Shown here one piece after another: positions 45,695 to 54,557 of a stretch of 64,000 nucleotides of DNA. A program made the position numbers and the translations under genes. The stretch comes from Nitrospirae bacterium MYbin3 (GTDB lineage Bacteria > Nitrospirota > Thermodesulfovibrionia > Thermodesulfovibrionales > Dissulfurispiraceae), in contig PEAD01000001.1 of the NCBI GenBank assembly GCA_002753335.1, positions 62,001 through 126,000 of the forward strand. Reading direction: 5' to 3'. The notes below the pieces were generated by a model that saw only the letters and a program-made list of their open reading frames with translations, did no database searches and was not told where the DNA came from. Each line of letters begins with the position of its first letter. Position 1 is the stretch's first letter.

Positions 45695-47938
45695 ATGAGC
45701 GAGGCGACAAAAATCCTGAGTCTTACATCAAACGCAAGGACGGTGCTCGAAAAGAGGTATCTTGCCAGAAATGAAGAAGGGAAAGTAACAGAAACCCCCG
45801 AAGAGCTTTTCATGCGAGTGGCCGGCCATGTTGCCTCGGCCGATGCCATCTATGGAAAAAGCGAAGGCGATGTCAGTGCGCTTGCGGATGAGTTTTACGA
45901 TCTCATGACCTCTCTGTATTTTCTGCCGAACAGCCCGACGCTTATGAACGCAGGAAAAAAACTTGGCCAGCTCTCTGCCTGCTTTGTCATCCCTGTTGAC
46001 GATTCTATGGACTCTATATTCGATGCTGTAAAATGCGCCGCAATAATACATAAATCGGGCGGAGGAACAGGCTTCAGTTTCTCACGCCTAAGGCCGAACG
46101 GCGACGTGGTCGGCTCCACAAAAGGCGTATCCTCAGGCCCTATATCGTTCATGACGGTTTTTGATACCGCCACAGAGGCTGTCAAGCAGGGCGGCACCCG
46201 CAGAGGCGCCAATATGGGCATTCTAAGGGTTGACCATCCGGACATAATGGAGTTCATAACCTGCAAAGACCACAACCAGAAACTTAACAACTTTAATATA
46301 TCGGTCGGACTGACCGAAGCATTTATGGCTGCGGTAGAAACCAACGGCGAGTATGAACTGCTTAACCCGAGGACCAGAAAGGTAATAAAAAAGATCAAGG
46401 CCCGAGAGGTCTTTGAAACCATAGTCAAACAGGCATGGAAGAACGGCGAGCCAGGCATAGTATTTCTCGACAGGATAAACGCATCTAACCCCACGCCTTC
46501 GCTTGGAGACATAGAATCCACAAATCCCTGCGGAGAGCAGCCGCTTATGGCTTTTGAGTCCTGCAATCTCGGATCAATCAACCTTGCGATGATGGTCGAG
46601 AATGGCGAGCCTGCGTGGCAGTTGCTCAAGGATACGGTTTGGAAGGCGGTGCATTTTCTCGATAACGTAATCGAGGTAAACAAGTACCCGCTAGAGCAGA
46701 TAGAAAAGACGACCAAGGCGAACAGAAAGATAGGCCTCGGAGTTATGGGGTGGGCAGATATGCTTATTCAGATGAAAATACCTTACAACTCCGACAAAGC
46801 ACTTAAGCTTGCCGAAGAGGTTATGGGTTTTATCCAAACAGAAGGACGTCTTGCCTCAAGCGCACTTGCAGAAGAGCGCGGTCCGTTCCCGAACTATGAC
46901 AACAGCATTTATTACGGTGAGATGATGGTTAGAAACGCCACCGTAACGACCATTGCACCCACAGGCACGCTCTCGATAATCGCAGGCTGTTCATCAGGCA
47001 TCGAGCCCCTGTTTGCGGTTTCGTATGTTAGAAACGTGATGGAAGGCACCAAGCTTATCGAGGTCAACCCTCATTTTGAAGGCTATGCTAAAGCGGCTGA
47101 CATGTGGAGCAGAGAGCTTATGGAGAAAATAGCGGAAAAGGGCACGCTGCACGATTTCAAGGAATTTAGCGAAGAGGTCAAATCTATATTCCTCACAGCC
47201 CATGATATTACCCCTACAGACCACGTTAAGATGCAGGCAGCGTTTCAGAAGCATGTTGACAATGCTGTTTCAAAGACGGTCAACTTCTCTCACAGCGCAA
47301 CAACCAAAGACGTTGAAGAGGTTTATATGCTGGCCCACAAGACCGGCTGTAAAGGCGTTACTGTTTACAGGGACGGGTCAAGGGATTCTCAGGTGCTTTC
47401 GACCAGCAAAAAAGAGGCCCCTGCCCAGCAGGAAGCTCATCACAAATCCAAGCTGCTGCCCAAGAAAAGGCCTTCGGTAATAAAAGGCGTAACAAGGCTT
47501 ATGAAAACGGGCTGCGGCAATCTTTATATCACGATAAACGAGGATGAAAACGGAAGGCCTTTTGAGGTGTTCACAAATATCGGCAAGGCAGGCGGCTGCG
47601 CTTCGAGCCAGGCCGAGGCGATAGGAAGACTCATCTCTCTGGCCTTCAGGTCGGGCATCGAACAGGACGAAATAGTGAAACATTTAAAAGGCATATCATG
47701 CCACCAGCCTTCATGGCATGACGGCGGACGCGTCATGTCATGCTCCGACGCAATAGCCAAGGCCATAGAAAAATACCACCCGCATCCGCACACCTCAGAA
47801 AAAGGGGACAAAGGCAACGGCAAATCCAAAAACAGCGTTGATATGCTTATAGGCGCATGTCCTGAATGCGGCGGCACAGTTGAGCATGAGGGCGGCTGCG
47901 CAGTATGCCATGCCTGTGGTTTTACCAAATGTGGTTAA
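45695..47938 (+). CDS. nrdJ: Adenosylcobalamin-dependent (class II) ribonucleotide reductase
   Basis: PNSPTLMNAG, SACFV, TNPCGEQ, ESCNLGSIN, TIAPTGT, C-terminal TSCPD-like domain and Zn ribbon. Confidence 0.95.
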   Translation: MSEATKILSLTSNARTVLEKRYLARNEEGKVTETPEELFMRVAGHVASADAIYGKSEGDVSALADEFYDLMTSLYFLPNSPTLMNAGKKLGQLSACFVIPVDDSMDSIFDAVKCAAIIHKSGGGTGFSFSRLRPNGDVVGSTKGVSSGPISFMTVFDTATEAVKQGGTRRGANMGILRVDHPDIMEFITCKDHNQKLNNFNISVGLTEAFMAAVETNGEYELLNPRTRKVIKKIKAREVFETIVKQAWKNGEPGIVFLDRINASNPTPSLGDIESTNPCGEQPLMAFESCNLGSINLAMMVENGEPAWQLLKDTVWKAVHFLDNVIEVNKYPLEQIEKTTKANRKIGLGVMGWADMLIQMKIPYNSDKALKLAEEVMGFIQTEGRLASSALAEERGPFPNYDNSIYYGEMMVRNATVTTIAPTGTLSIIAGCSSGIEPLFAVSYVRNVMEGTKLIEVNPHFEGYAKAADMWSRELMEKIAEKGTLHDFKEFSEEVKSIFLTAHDITPTDHVKMQAAFQKHVDNAVSKTVNFSHSATTKDVEEVYMLAHKTGCKGVTVYRDGSRDSQVLSTSKKEAPAQQEAHHKSKLLPKKRPSVIKGVTRLMKTGCGNLYITINEDENGRPFEVFTNIGKAGGCASSQAEAIGRLISLAFRSGIEQDEIVKHLKGISCHQPSWHDGGRVMSCSDAIAKAIEKYHPHPHTSEKGDKGNGKSKNSVDMLIGACPECGGTVEHEGGCAVCHACGFTKCG

Positions 47939-47944
47939 GAGCCG

Positions 47945-48433
47945 GTGAGTGAAGGGAATGGGAAGAAGCCTTACTGCCGGCCGGCCTGGGACGAGTATTT
48001 CATAGAGATAGCAAAGGTTGTTTCTTCACGCTCAACTTGTCTCAGAAGACGTTATGGCGCTGTGATAGTAAAAGACTCGGTCATCGTAAGTACCGGATAC
48101 AACGGCGCTCCTAGAGGTTCCACAAACTGCATCGACCGCGGCATCTGCCGTAGACAAGAGCTGAATGTGCCTGCAGGCGAACGCTACGAACTCTGCGAAG
48201 CGGTTCATGCCGAGCAGAACGCTATCGTAAACGGCGCTCCTGAAAGAATGAAAGATTCAACCATCTACATTGCCGGGTTTGAAGAAAATGGTGAGTTTGC
48301 AGAAGGAAGACCCTGTCTGCTCTGCAAAAGAATGATCCAGAACGCCATGATAAAGGAAGTTGTCTTTCTCAAAAAAGATGGAACCATTACCAGGGTCAGA
48401 GATGTTATGGAACTAAACACAGCTGCTAAATAA
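47945..48433 (+). CDS. dCMP deaminase (ComEB-like)
   Basis: WDEYF, RSTC, TGYNG, HAEQNA, PCLLC. Confidence 0.92.
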   Translation: MSEGNGKKPYCRPAWDEYFIEIAKVVSSRSTCLRRRYGAVIVKDSVIVSTGYNGAPRGSTNCIDRGICRRQELNVPAGERYELCEAVHAEQNAIVNGAPERMKDSTIYIAGFEENGEFAEGRPCLLCKRMIQNAMIKEVVFLKKDGTITRVRDVMELNTAAK

Positions 48434-48454
48434 ACACCTCCTATAATAAAAGTC

Positions 48455-49192
48455 GTGGACAAGCTTTTTGAACTCACCAATAAATATTTTGCAGAGTCCT
48501 ACGAGTTCAGCGTAGCGGATGAAGAAACAGAAGCAGCGAAAAGAGGCCTGGGCATGCCAGTTTCGGGTGCTGTTCTCTTTGTTGAGGCGCAGGCTGGGCA
48601 CAAAGCTTTTCTTGTAAAAAACAGGCCTCTTTTTCTGAAATACTCGTACATATACAAATCTCTTTTGGCAGAAATTTTATCAACACTTGGAGCAAAAAAA
48701 GAGTGGACTATGTTTTCGGGCAATGCGATAACCGCTTTTTTTACGGCTGATGGGGCGTCAAACAATGTCTGGAACGCGCTTTTATCAGCCATGTATGTCA
48801 GGACAGGAGTTGAAAAGATGCTTCCCGAAATCTCGCCTGCTTTTGATGTCCTTGATATAAGCCTGAAAACAACTGTGCATTTCGACTCTTTTATTGTTGC
48901 CGACATAGGGAGGAACAGTGCAGGAACAGTGCAGCCTGTTGATGCGCCTTTTTATATAATGGCCCGAATGGAGAGCAAAAACAGTGATAAAGAAATTCTT
49001 ATAACAGGCCCTGCTGCGGAACGTCTCGATTTTTCGGCGATATTCGGCACTGCATCTACAACCGAAAACCTGAAATATAGGAAACTTCTTTTAAAGCCTG
49101 TGTCGGAGCTTAAAACAAAGGATGATAAAATTCCTATATACAGTTTTGAGGAAGCAAAGTTCGAAAAAATTCTATCTTTATCAGCCGGATAA
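48455..49192 (+). CDS. Class III nucleotidyl-cyclase-like protein with degenerate active site
   Basis: AVLFVE, FSGNAITAFF, NALLSAM, TTVHFD..IVADIG, IMARMES, EILIT, ELK...IPIY follow cyclase motif order. Confidence 0.6.
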   Translation: MDKLFELTNKYFAESYEFSVADEETEAAKRGLGMPVSGAVLFVEAQAGHKAFLVKNRPLFLKYSYIYKSLLAEILSTLGAKKEWTMFSGNAITAFFTADGASNNVWNALLSAMYVRTGVEKMLPEISPAFDVLDISLKTTVHFDSFIVADIGRNSAGTVQPVDAPFYIMARMESKNSDKEILITGPAAERLDFSAIFGTASTTENLKYRKLLLKPVSELKTKDDKIPIYSFEEAKFEKILSLSAG

Positions 49193-49214
49193 TTTGTGTG
49201 CAGTATTCGACTTT

Positions 49215-49931
49215 TTAGCCGCCTAAGTATGCTTTTTTAACTCTTTCATCAGACAGCAGTTCGGCTCCGGAGCCGCTTTTCACAAGGACCCCCGACTCAA
49301 GCACAAACGCATGGTGCGAAAGCTTAAGCGCGGCGCGCGCGTTCTGTTCTATAAGAAAAATGCTTACACCTTCCTCATTCAGCCGCTTAATAACATTCAG
49401 TATATCTTTTACCAAAAGCGGCGCCAGCCCCATCGAGGGTTCATCCAGCATCAGAAGCTGCGGCTCGGACATTAATGCCCTGCCTATTGCGAGCATCTGC
49501 TGCTGTCCTCCGCTTAAGGTGCCAGCGAGTTGCGTTGTTCTTTCTTTGAGGATTGGGAAAAGTTCGTAAACGTGTCCCAATCTTTTTTCTATATCTTTTT
49601 TGCCAAGCTGCTTCATGAAAGCATATGCGCCTAAAACAAGATTGTCCAACACTGTCAGATGCGTAAAAAGCATCCTCCCCTCCGGCACAAGGCTTATGCC
49701 CTTTGCTGCAAGCTGATGTGCAGGAAGTCCGGTAATCTTTTCGCCGTTAAAATAAACTTCGCCCGAAACAACAGGCTGGATGTTCATTACAGCATTCAGC
49801 AGGGTGGTTTTCCCTGCGCCGTTGGCCCCGATGATGCTGACGATGCTTTTGCCTTCAAAAGATATGCTCACATCACGCAGGGCTTTGATGCCGCCATAAG
49901 ACACATTGAGATTTCTGATATCAAGCAGCAT
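49215..49931 (-). CDS. livF: HAAT-family ABC transporter ATPase (LivF-like)
   Basis: GANGAGKTT, VPEGR, LSGGQQQMLAIGRAL, LDEPSMGLAP. Confidence 0.88.
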   Translation of the reverse strand: MLLDIRNLNVSYGGIKALRDVSISFEGKSIVSIIGANGAGKTTLLNAVMNIQPVVSGEVYFNGEKITGLPAHQLAAKGISLVPEGRMLFTHLTVLDNLVLGAYAFMKQLGKKDIEKRLGHVYELFPILKERTTQLAGTLSGGQQQMLAIGRALMSEPQLLMLDEPSMGLAPLLVKDILNVIKRLNEEGVSIFLIEQNARAALKLSHHAFVLESGVLVKSGSGAELLSDERVKKAYLGG

Positions 49932-49933
49932 AA

Positions 49934-50695
49934 CTAAATATCCTCATCCCCGAGGTATGCATCTATCACAAGCTTGTTGTTCCTTATATCCTCGGGCAGT
50001 CCTTCTGCAAGTTTCTCGCCAAAATCGAGCACCACTATGCTGTCCGAAATATTCATAACAAGCCCCATGTCGTGCTCCACAAGCATAATGGTCAGGTTTA
50101 AATTTGTTTTTAAATTTGTGATAAAGACCGAAAGTGCATTCGTCTCTGCCTCATTTAATCCGGAGGCAGGCTCATCGAGCAAAAGAAGCTGTGGCTCAGT
50201 GGCCAAAGCCCTTGCAATCTCGAGCATCCTTTCTTCTCCAATCGGAAGCGTTGAAGCAAGCTCATACTCTTTATTCCGTAGCCCTACTAAATCGAGTATC
50301 TCTTCACTCTTTGCCTTAATCTTTCGTTCCTCTCTGCCCACAAAAGGCAGCTTCAGTCCTGAAGCGATGAACCCTGCTTTAGTTCTCATGTGTCTGCCTA
50401 TCATCACATTTTCAAGAACAGTCAGATGCCCAAAGAGTTCAACATGCTGAAACGTCCTCGATATGCCTTTTCTCGCGATATTAACCGAAGACATCCCGCT
50501 TATTTTATTTCCGGACCAAATAACCTCTCCCCCATCAGGCGGATAGATGCCGCTGATTATATGCAGAAGCGTAGTTTTCCCTGCGCCGTTGGGGCCGATC
50601 ACCGCTTTAATTTCACGTTCATTCGCATTAAAGCTGACATCAGAAAGTGCCGAAATTCCGCCAAAGCTTTTGTTGATATTCTTTATCTCAAGCAC
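49934..50695 (-). CDS. livG: HAAT-family ABC transporter ATPase (LivG-like)
   Basis: GPNGAGKTT, RTFQ, LDEPASGL, VEHDM, AYLG. Confidence 0.88.
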   Translation of the reverse strand: MLEIKNINKSFGGISALSDVSFNANEREIKAVIGPNGAGKTTLLHIISGIYPPDGGEVIWSGNKISGMSSVNIARKGISRTFQHVELFGHLTVLENVMIGRHMRTKAGFIASGLKLPFVGREERKIKAKSEEILDLVGLRNKEYELASTLPIGEERMLEIARALATEPQLLLLDEPASGLNEAETNALSVFITNLKTNLNLTIMLVEHDMGLVMNISDSIVVLDFGEKLAEGLPEDIRNNKLVIDAYLGDEDI

Positions 50696-51632
50696 GGCCG
50701 GAGCCCTTCCTTTGCTGCAGCTTGTCGATTATAAGAGGAACTAGCCCTTTCCTGAAAAACATAAGGGACAAGGTGAGGATAAGACCGTAAACAAGGATGT
50801 CGAACTCTTCGAATTTTTTCAGAAGCTCAGGCAGAACCGTAATTACAACAGCTCCAACGATGGCTCCCCATATATTTGTTATTCCGCCGACTATCACCAT
50901 CATAAGAAGCAAAACAGAATGAAAAAGCGAGAAGCTGGCAGGGCTGATAAAGGTGACATAATGCGCGTATAGACTGCCTGCAAACGCAGCATACACCGCG
51001 CTCAGGATGAAAACCTTTATTTTCAAAACCGAAACATCAACGCCCATGGCATTGCTGGCTGTTTCGCTGTCATGTATCGCCCGCAACGCCCTGCCGTTTC
51101 TTGAGTTTATAAGGTTGAATGAGAAGACGGCCGTAACCGCAACAACGCCCCAGACAAGATAGAAGAAAGAGCTTGCGGATTCGACTGTAATGCCGAACAG
51201 GCTGAAATTAGGAATATCGCCAAAGCCGGAAGGGCCGCCGAGTCCCCATTCATTTAGAATCACATGTATTATTTCGCCAAAGCCGAGAGTGGCAACAGCA
51301 AGGTAATGCCCTTTAAGCCTGAGGGCTGGAATAGCCAATACTACTGCCGCTCCAGCAGCTACTGCCATTCCGGCAGCCATGCATACTATCACCGGCAGGC
51401 CGAATTTTACACTGATAACAGCAGACACATAAGCCCCGATCCCGTAAAACCCTGCCTGTCCCAAAGAAACCTGTCCTGCATATCCCATCAAAATGCAAAG
51501 GCCTATTGCCACGAGCGCATTAATTCCCGAAAAAATTCCGACGGTCAGAACATAGCTTCCGCTGCCTATAAACGGGAATAGGGATATTGCTGTTATAAAA
51601 ACAAGCAGGGTTGTAAAGTTGCCGCGGCCCAT
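50688..51632 (-). CDS. livM: HAAT-family ABC transporter permease (LivM-like)
   Basis: GQVSLGQAGF, RLKGHYLAVATLGFGE, GRALRAI. Confidence 0.88.
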   Translation of the reverse strand: MGRGNFTTLLVFITAISLFPFIGSGSYVLTVGIFSGINALVAIGLCILMGYAGQVSLGQAGFYGIGAYVSAVISVKFGLPVIVCMAAGMAVAAGAAVVLAIPALRLKGHYLAVATLGFGEIIHVILNEWGLGGPSGFGDIPNFSLFGITVESASSFFYLVWGVVAVTAVFSFNLINSRNGRALRAIHDSETASNAMGVDVSVLKIKVFILSAVYAAFAGSLYAHYVTFISPASFSLFHSVLLLMMVIVGGITNIWGAIVGAVVITVLPELLKKFEEFDILVYGLILTLSLMFFRKGLVPLIIDKLQQRKGSGRA

Positions 51633-51635
51633 AGC

Positions 51636-52523
51636 CTAAAACCTTCTCATCTGCAGGGCGGTCTTGCTTCCGAAAATACCTGCGGGTTTGAAAAAAAGTA
51701 TCGCGAGAAGTATAAGCAGTGCAACAGCATCCTTCAAGCCCGAATGGATATAGCCTGCTGTCATCGATTCGAGAATTCCTATTATAAACCCTCCTGCAAC
51801 AGAGCCGCGTCCTCTGCCGAGCCCTCCCATTATTGCTGCGCAGAAGCCTTTAACCGCAAGCATCGGTCCTTTGTCATACTCCATTAGAGAGATAGGGGTT
51901 ACCGCAATGCCTCCTATCGCCCCAACCATGGCGCTCAACACGAACGAGAGCATTATCATCTTTTCAACATCAATTCCTACAAGCATTGCAGCGGTCGGAT
52001 TTACGGCACATGCCCGCATCGCCTTTCCGATCAAGGTTCTATTAAAAAAAAGATAGATGAGGATTATACATGAGAATGTAATGCCTATGACCCAAAGCGT
52101 CTGCTGCTGTATCACAGCTCCGGCGATTATAAACGGCTCGCCTTCGGTGAAGGGCGGATAGACATATGGGTTCTTGCCGAACTTGAACATCAGGAGGCCG
52201 CGCAGAAGTATCGAAACCGCAACAGTTATCATTATCATCAGAAGAAGATCGGTTTTAGGCAAAGGCTTTATTGTAAGCCTTTCCATAAGCAGCGCAAGCA
52301 GGCCTGAAACTAAAATAGTGAGCACAGCAGATACAAGAAATGGCAGCTTAAAAGATTCCGAAAAAAGCCACATCAGAAGGCCGCCAACGACCACAAACTC
52401 GCCTTGGGCAAGGTTTATTATCGAGGTGGCATTATAGATTATATTGAAGCCGAGCCCTACTAAAGCGTAAACCGCGCCCGTAGTCAGCCCAGAAAAAAGA
52501 AACTGCAAAAAAACCGTAAACAA
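51636..52523 (-). CDS. livH: HAAT-family ABC transporter permease (LivH-like)
   Basis: INLAQGE, GKAMRACA.N..AA.LVGI, AAIMGGLG. Confidence 0.88.
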   Translation of the reverse strand: MFTVFLQFLFSGLTTGAVYALVGLGFNIIYNATSIINLAQGEFVVVGGLLMWLFSESFKLPFLVSAVLTILVSGLLALLMERLTIKPLPKTDLLLMIMITVAVSILLRGLLMFKFGKNPYVYPPFTEGEPFIIAGAVIQQQTLWVIGITFSCIILIYLFFNRTLIGKAMRACAVNPTAAMLVGIDVEKMIMLSFVLSAMVGAIGGIAVTPISLMEYDKGPMLAVKGFCAAIMGGLGRGRGSVAGGFIIGILESMTAGYIHSGLKDAVALLILLAILFFKPAGIFGSKTALQMRRF

Positions 52524-52550
52524 CTAACCCTTCTCCTTCGGACAAAATAA

Positions 52551-52591
52551 GAGGCAATGGGTTATCAGGAAATCCTGCAGCCCATTGCCTC
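52551..52591. other. Intercistronic stem-loop after the binding-protein gene
   Basis: GAGGCAATGGG...CCCATTGCCTC, with inner CAGGA/TCCTG. Confidence 0.6.
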
Positions 52592-52598
52592 AGGTTTG

Positions 52599-53753
52599 TT
52601 ACTTTAAAATTTCCCAATCCCCATTTTTTACAACAACCATCTCAAGCGCATCTTTGTCCAGCCCGCAATGGTCTTTTGAAGACATATTAAATATGCCGCC
52701 GGTTCCGGGCCATTTATTTATTTTTGTCTCTATGTAGTTGCGAATCTTGGCTTTGTCAGGCCCCACTTTTTTAATAGCCTCAACCACCATCATCAAAGAG
52801 TCATAAGCATGGCCGCCGAATGTGCCAGGCTCGCTCTTGTATTTTGCCTCATAGTCGGCAGAATACTTTTTAAGAAGAGCTTTCTGCGGATGCTTGTCCG
52901 CAAGCTTATCCCAGACAACGAGCCTGCCGAGAGGCGCTATCACGCCTTCGGCCGCTTTGCCGGCTAGCTCTATGTTTTTCTTGCTGCCCCATCCATGGCT
53001 CTGGAAAAGCGGCATTCCCATCTTAAGCGCATGCCAGTTTTTTGTAACAACAACCTGAGTCGGGCCTATGGACCAGTTTATGACAGCCTGCGCTCCGGCA
53101 GCCTTTATCTTTGTGAGCTGTGTTGACATGTCCGAATCTTTTGGGCCGTAACGTTCATCCGCAGCTATTGTTATTCCGTATTTTGGAGCCAGCTCCTGAA
53201 GCGCCTTCTTGCCTGAATCGCCAAAGCCGGTAGATACGGTCATAATCCCAACCTTTGCTATTCCTTTGCTTTTCATATAGGCGTAGATGGCCTCAACCAC
53301 GCTGAAGTCATACTGCGGGGTTTTGAATATCCAATGCCTTTCGTTTACAGGCTGGGTTATAGGTGCTCCGGCCGCACACGAAACAAGCGGGGTTTTGGCG
53401 GTGTTCATTATCGGCACAAGTGCCATTGATTCACCTGTTGTGGATGGTCCGATTATGGCCAAAACCTTATCGCTTTCAAGAAGCTTTTTTGATGCGAGCA
53501 CAGATTGAGTTTCGTCGCTTTTGGAATCCTCAATTATGACTTCAATGGGATGTCCATTTATGCCGCCCGCTTTGTTTATCTGCTCCTGAAGCATTATTAC
53601 TGTGTTTTTTTCTGGCTCACCGAGGAATGAAGCCGGCCCGGTTACCGAAAAAATTGCGCCTATTTTGTAAGGCTCCTTGCCTGCCGAGTTTGCAACAGAC
53701 ATCGAAAGCCCCAACACGATAAAAACCGCCAATAAAATTTTGAATACCTTCAT
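52599..53753 (-). CDS. HAAT-family ABC transporter substrate-binding protein
   Basis: Signal peptide, KIGAIFSVTGPAS.LG, GGING; GAGG RBS. Confidence 0.9.
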   Translation of the reverse strand: MKVFKILLAVFIVLGLSMSVANSAGKEPYKIGAIFSVTGPASFLGEPEKNTVIMLQEQINKAGGINGHPIEVIIEDSKSDETQSVLASKKLLESDKVLAIIGPSTTGESMALVPIMNTAKTPLVSCAAGAPITQPVNERHWIFKTPQYDFSVVEAIYAYMKSKGIAKVGIMTVSTGFGDSGKKALQELAPKYGITIAADERYGPKDSDMSTQLTKIKAAGAQAVINWSIGPTQVVVTKNWHALKMGMPLFQSHGWGSKKNIELAGKAAEGVIAPLGRLVVWDKLADKHPQKALLKKYSADYEAKYKSEPGTFGGHAYDSLMMVVEAIKKVGPDKAKIRNYIETKINKWPGTGGIFNMSSKDHCGLDKDALEMVVVKNGDWEILK

Positions 53754-53945
53754 TCCTACCTCCTCGATTTTTAAGTCCCGGCAGTAAAAATTTTCCGGAT
53801 GTTCATTATACAACAAACACAAAATCTTTTAAAAATGATGTTTTGGTACCGGACAAAAACAATCCAAGCGATTTTTAATTGGTACGAAAGTCTTATGCAG
53901 GAACACGCCCTACAGATAAGCCTATGGTATAATTAAGCTTTCCTT

Positions 53946-54557
53946 TTGAGGGGAAAAGAGAGGTTCGCCGGCAAATTGACCAGATACACACAACCACTAC
54001 TTTTTTATCGTCTGATTTTCACATTATTGTTCGTTATCATTGCATCGGATTCGGTATTATCGGCCGAAATATCGGATTTAACTGTAAAGATTGCGGGCAA
54101 CGAGTTATATGTTTCGGCCTTGCTGAGCCTTGATAACAAGACATTGGAAGATATCGACAGGGGTATTTCGAAAGATCTGGTATTTTATATTGACCTGTTC
54201 AGGGTTTGGGATGCATGGCCGGACGAATTTGTGACCGGAAGAAAGGTAGTAAAAAAATTGAAGATAAATCCTATCAAAAGAGAATTTACAGGCTCAAGCA
54301 TTGACGGCAGCCTGCATGCAGAAAAGCGTTTCAGGGACATAGACTCTATGATTGCTTGGGCCACCCACATCAGCGAGCTTAAATTGACAAACTTTAAAGA
54401 GTTGGAGCCCGGAATATATTTTATAAAGCTCACTGCCGAATCATTCCTGCGCAAAATGCCTCCGGTCATCAACTACATGGTGTTTTTTATCCCGGAAAAA
54501 GAGTTCAGCGTTTCTAAAAACTCTCAGAACTTTTCACTGAACAAGGCGGCTCGATGA
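53946..54557 (+). CDS. DUF4390-like exported protein (start uncertain)
   Basis: Hydrophobic N-terminal segment; position upstream of ntrY-like gene; LFRVWDAWPDE. Confidence 0.65.
   Translation: MRGKERFAGKLTRYTQPLLFYRLIFTLLFVIIASDSVLSAEISDLTVKIAGNELYVSALLSLDNKTLEDIDRGISKDLVFYIDLFRVWDAWPDEFVTGRKVVKKLKINPIKREFTGSSIDGSLHAEKRFRDIDSMIAWATHISELKLTNFKELEPGIYFIKLTAESFLRKMPPVINYMVFFIPEKEFSVSKNSQNFSLNKAAR

Noticed and set aside
45895..46716. Long antisense ORF (273 aa), and similarly 56728-57585, 41089-41847 and 17744-18373
   Set aside because: Antisense shadows of nrdJ, ntrX, ssb/rpsF and smc with no recognisable motifs.
45695..47938. Intein or intron in nrdJ
   Set aside because: The ORF is continuous, of normal length, and has no splice-junction motifs.
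48455..49192. Functional Pycsar or CBASS defence system
   Set aside because: Catalytic residues appear lost and no TIR or transmembrane effector is adjacent; kept only as a pseudo-cyclase finding.
53840..53900. Sigma-54 promoter or operator at the two TTGGTAC copies
   Set aside because: GG-N10-GC spacing is not met, and two 7-mers alone are too weak to call.
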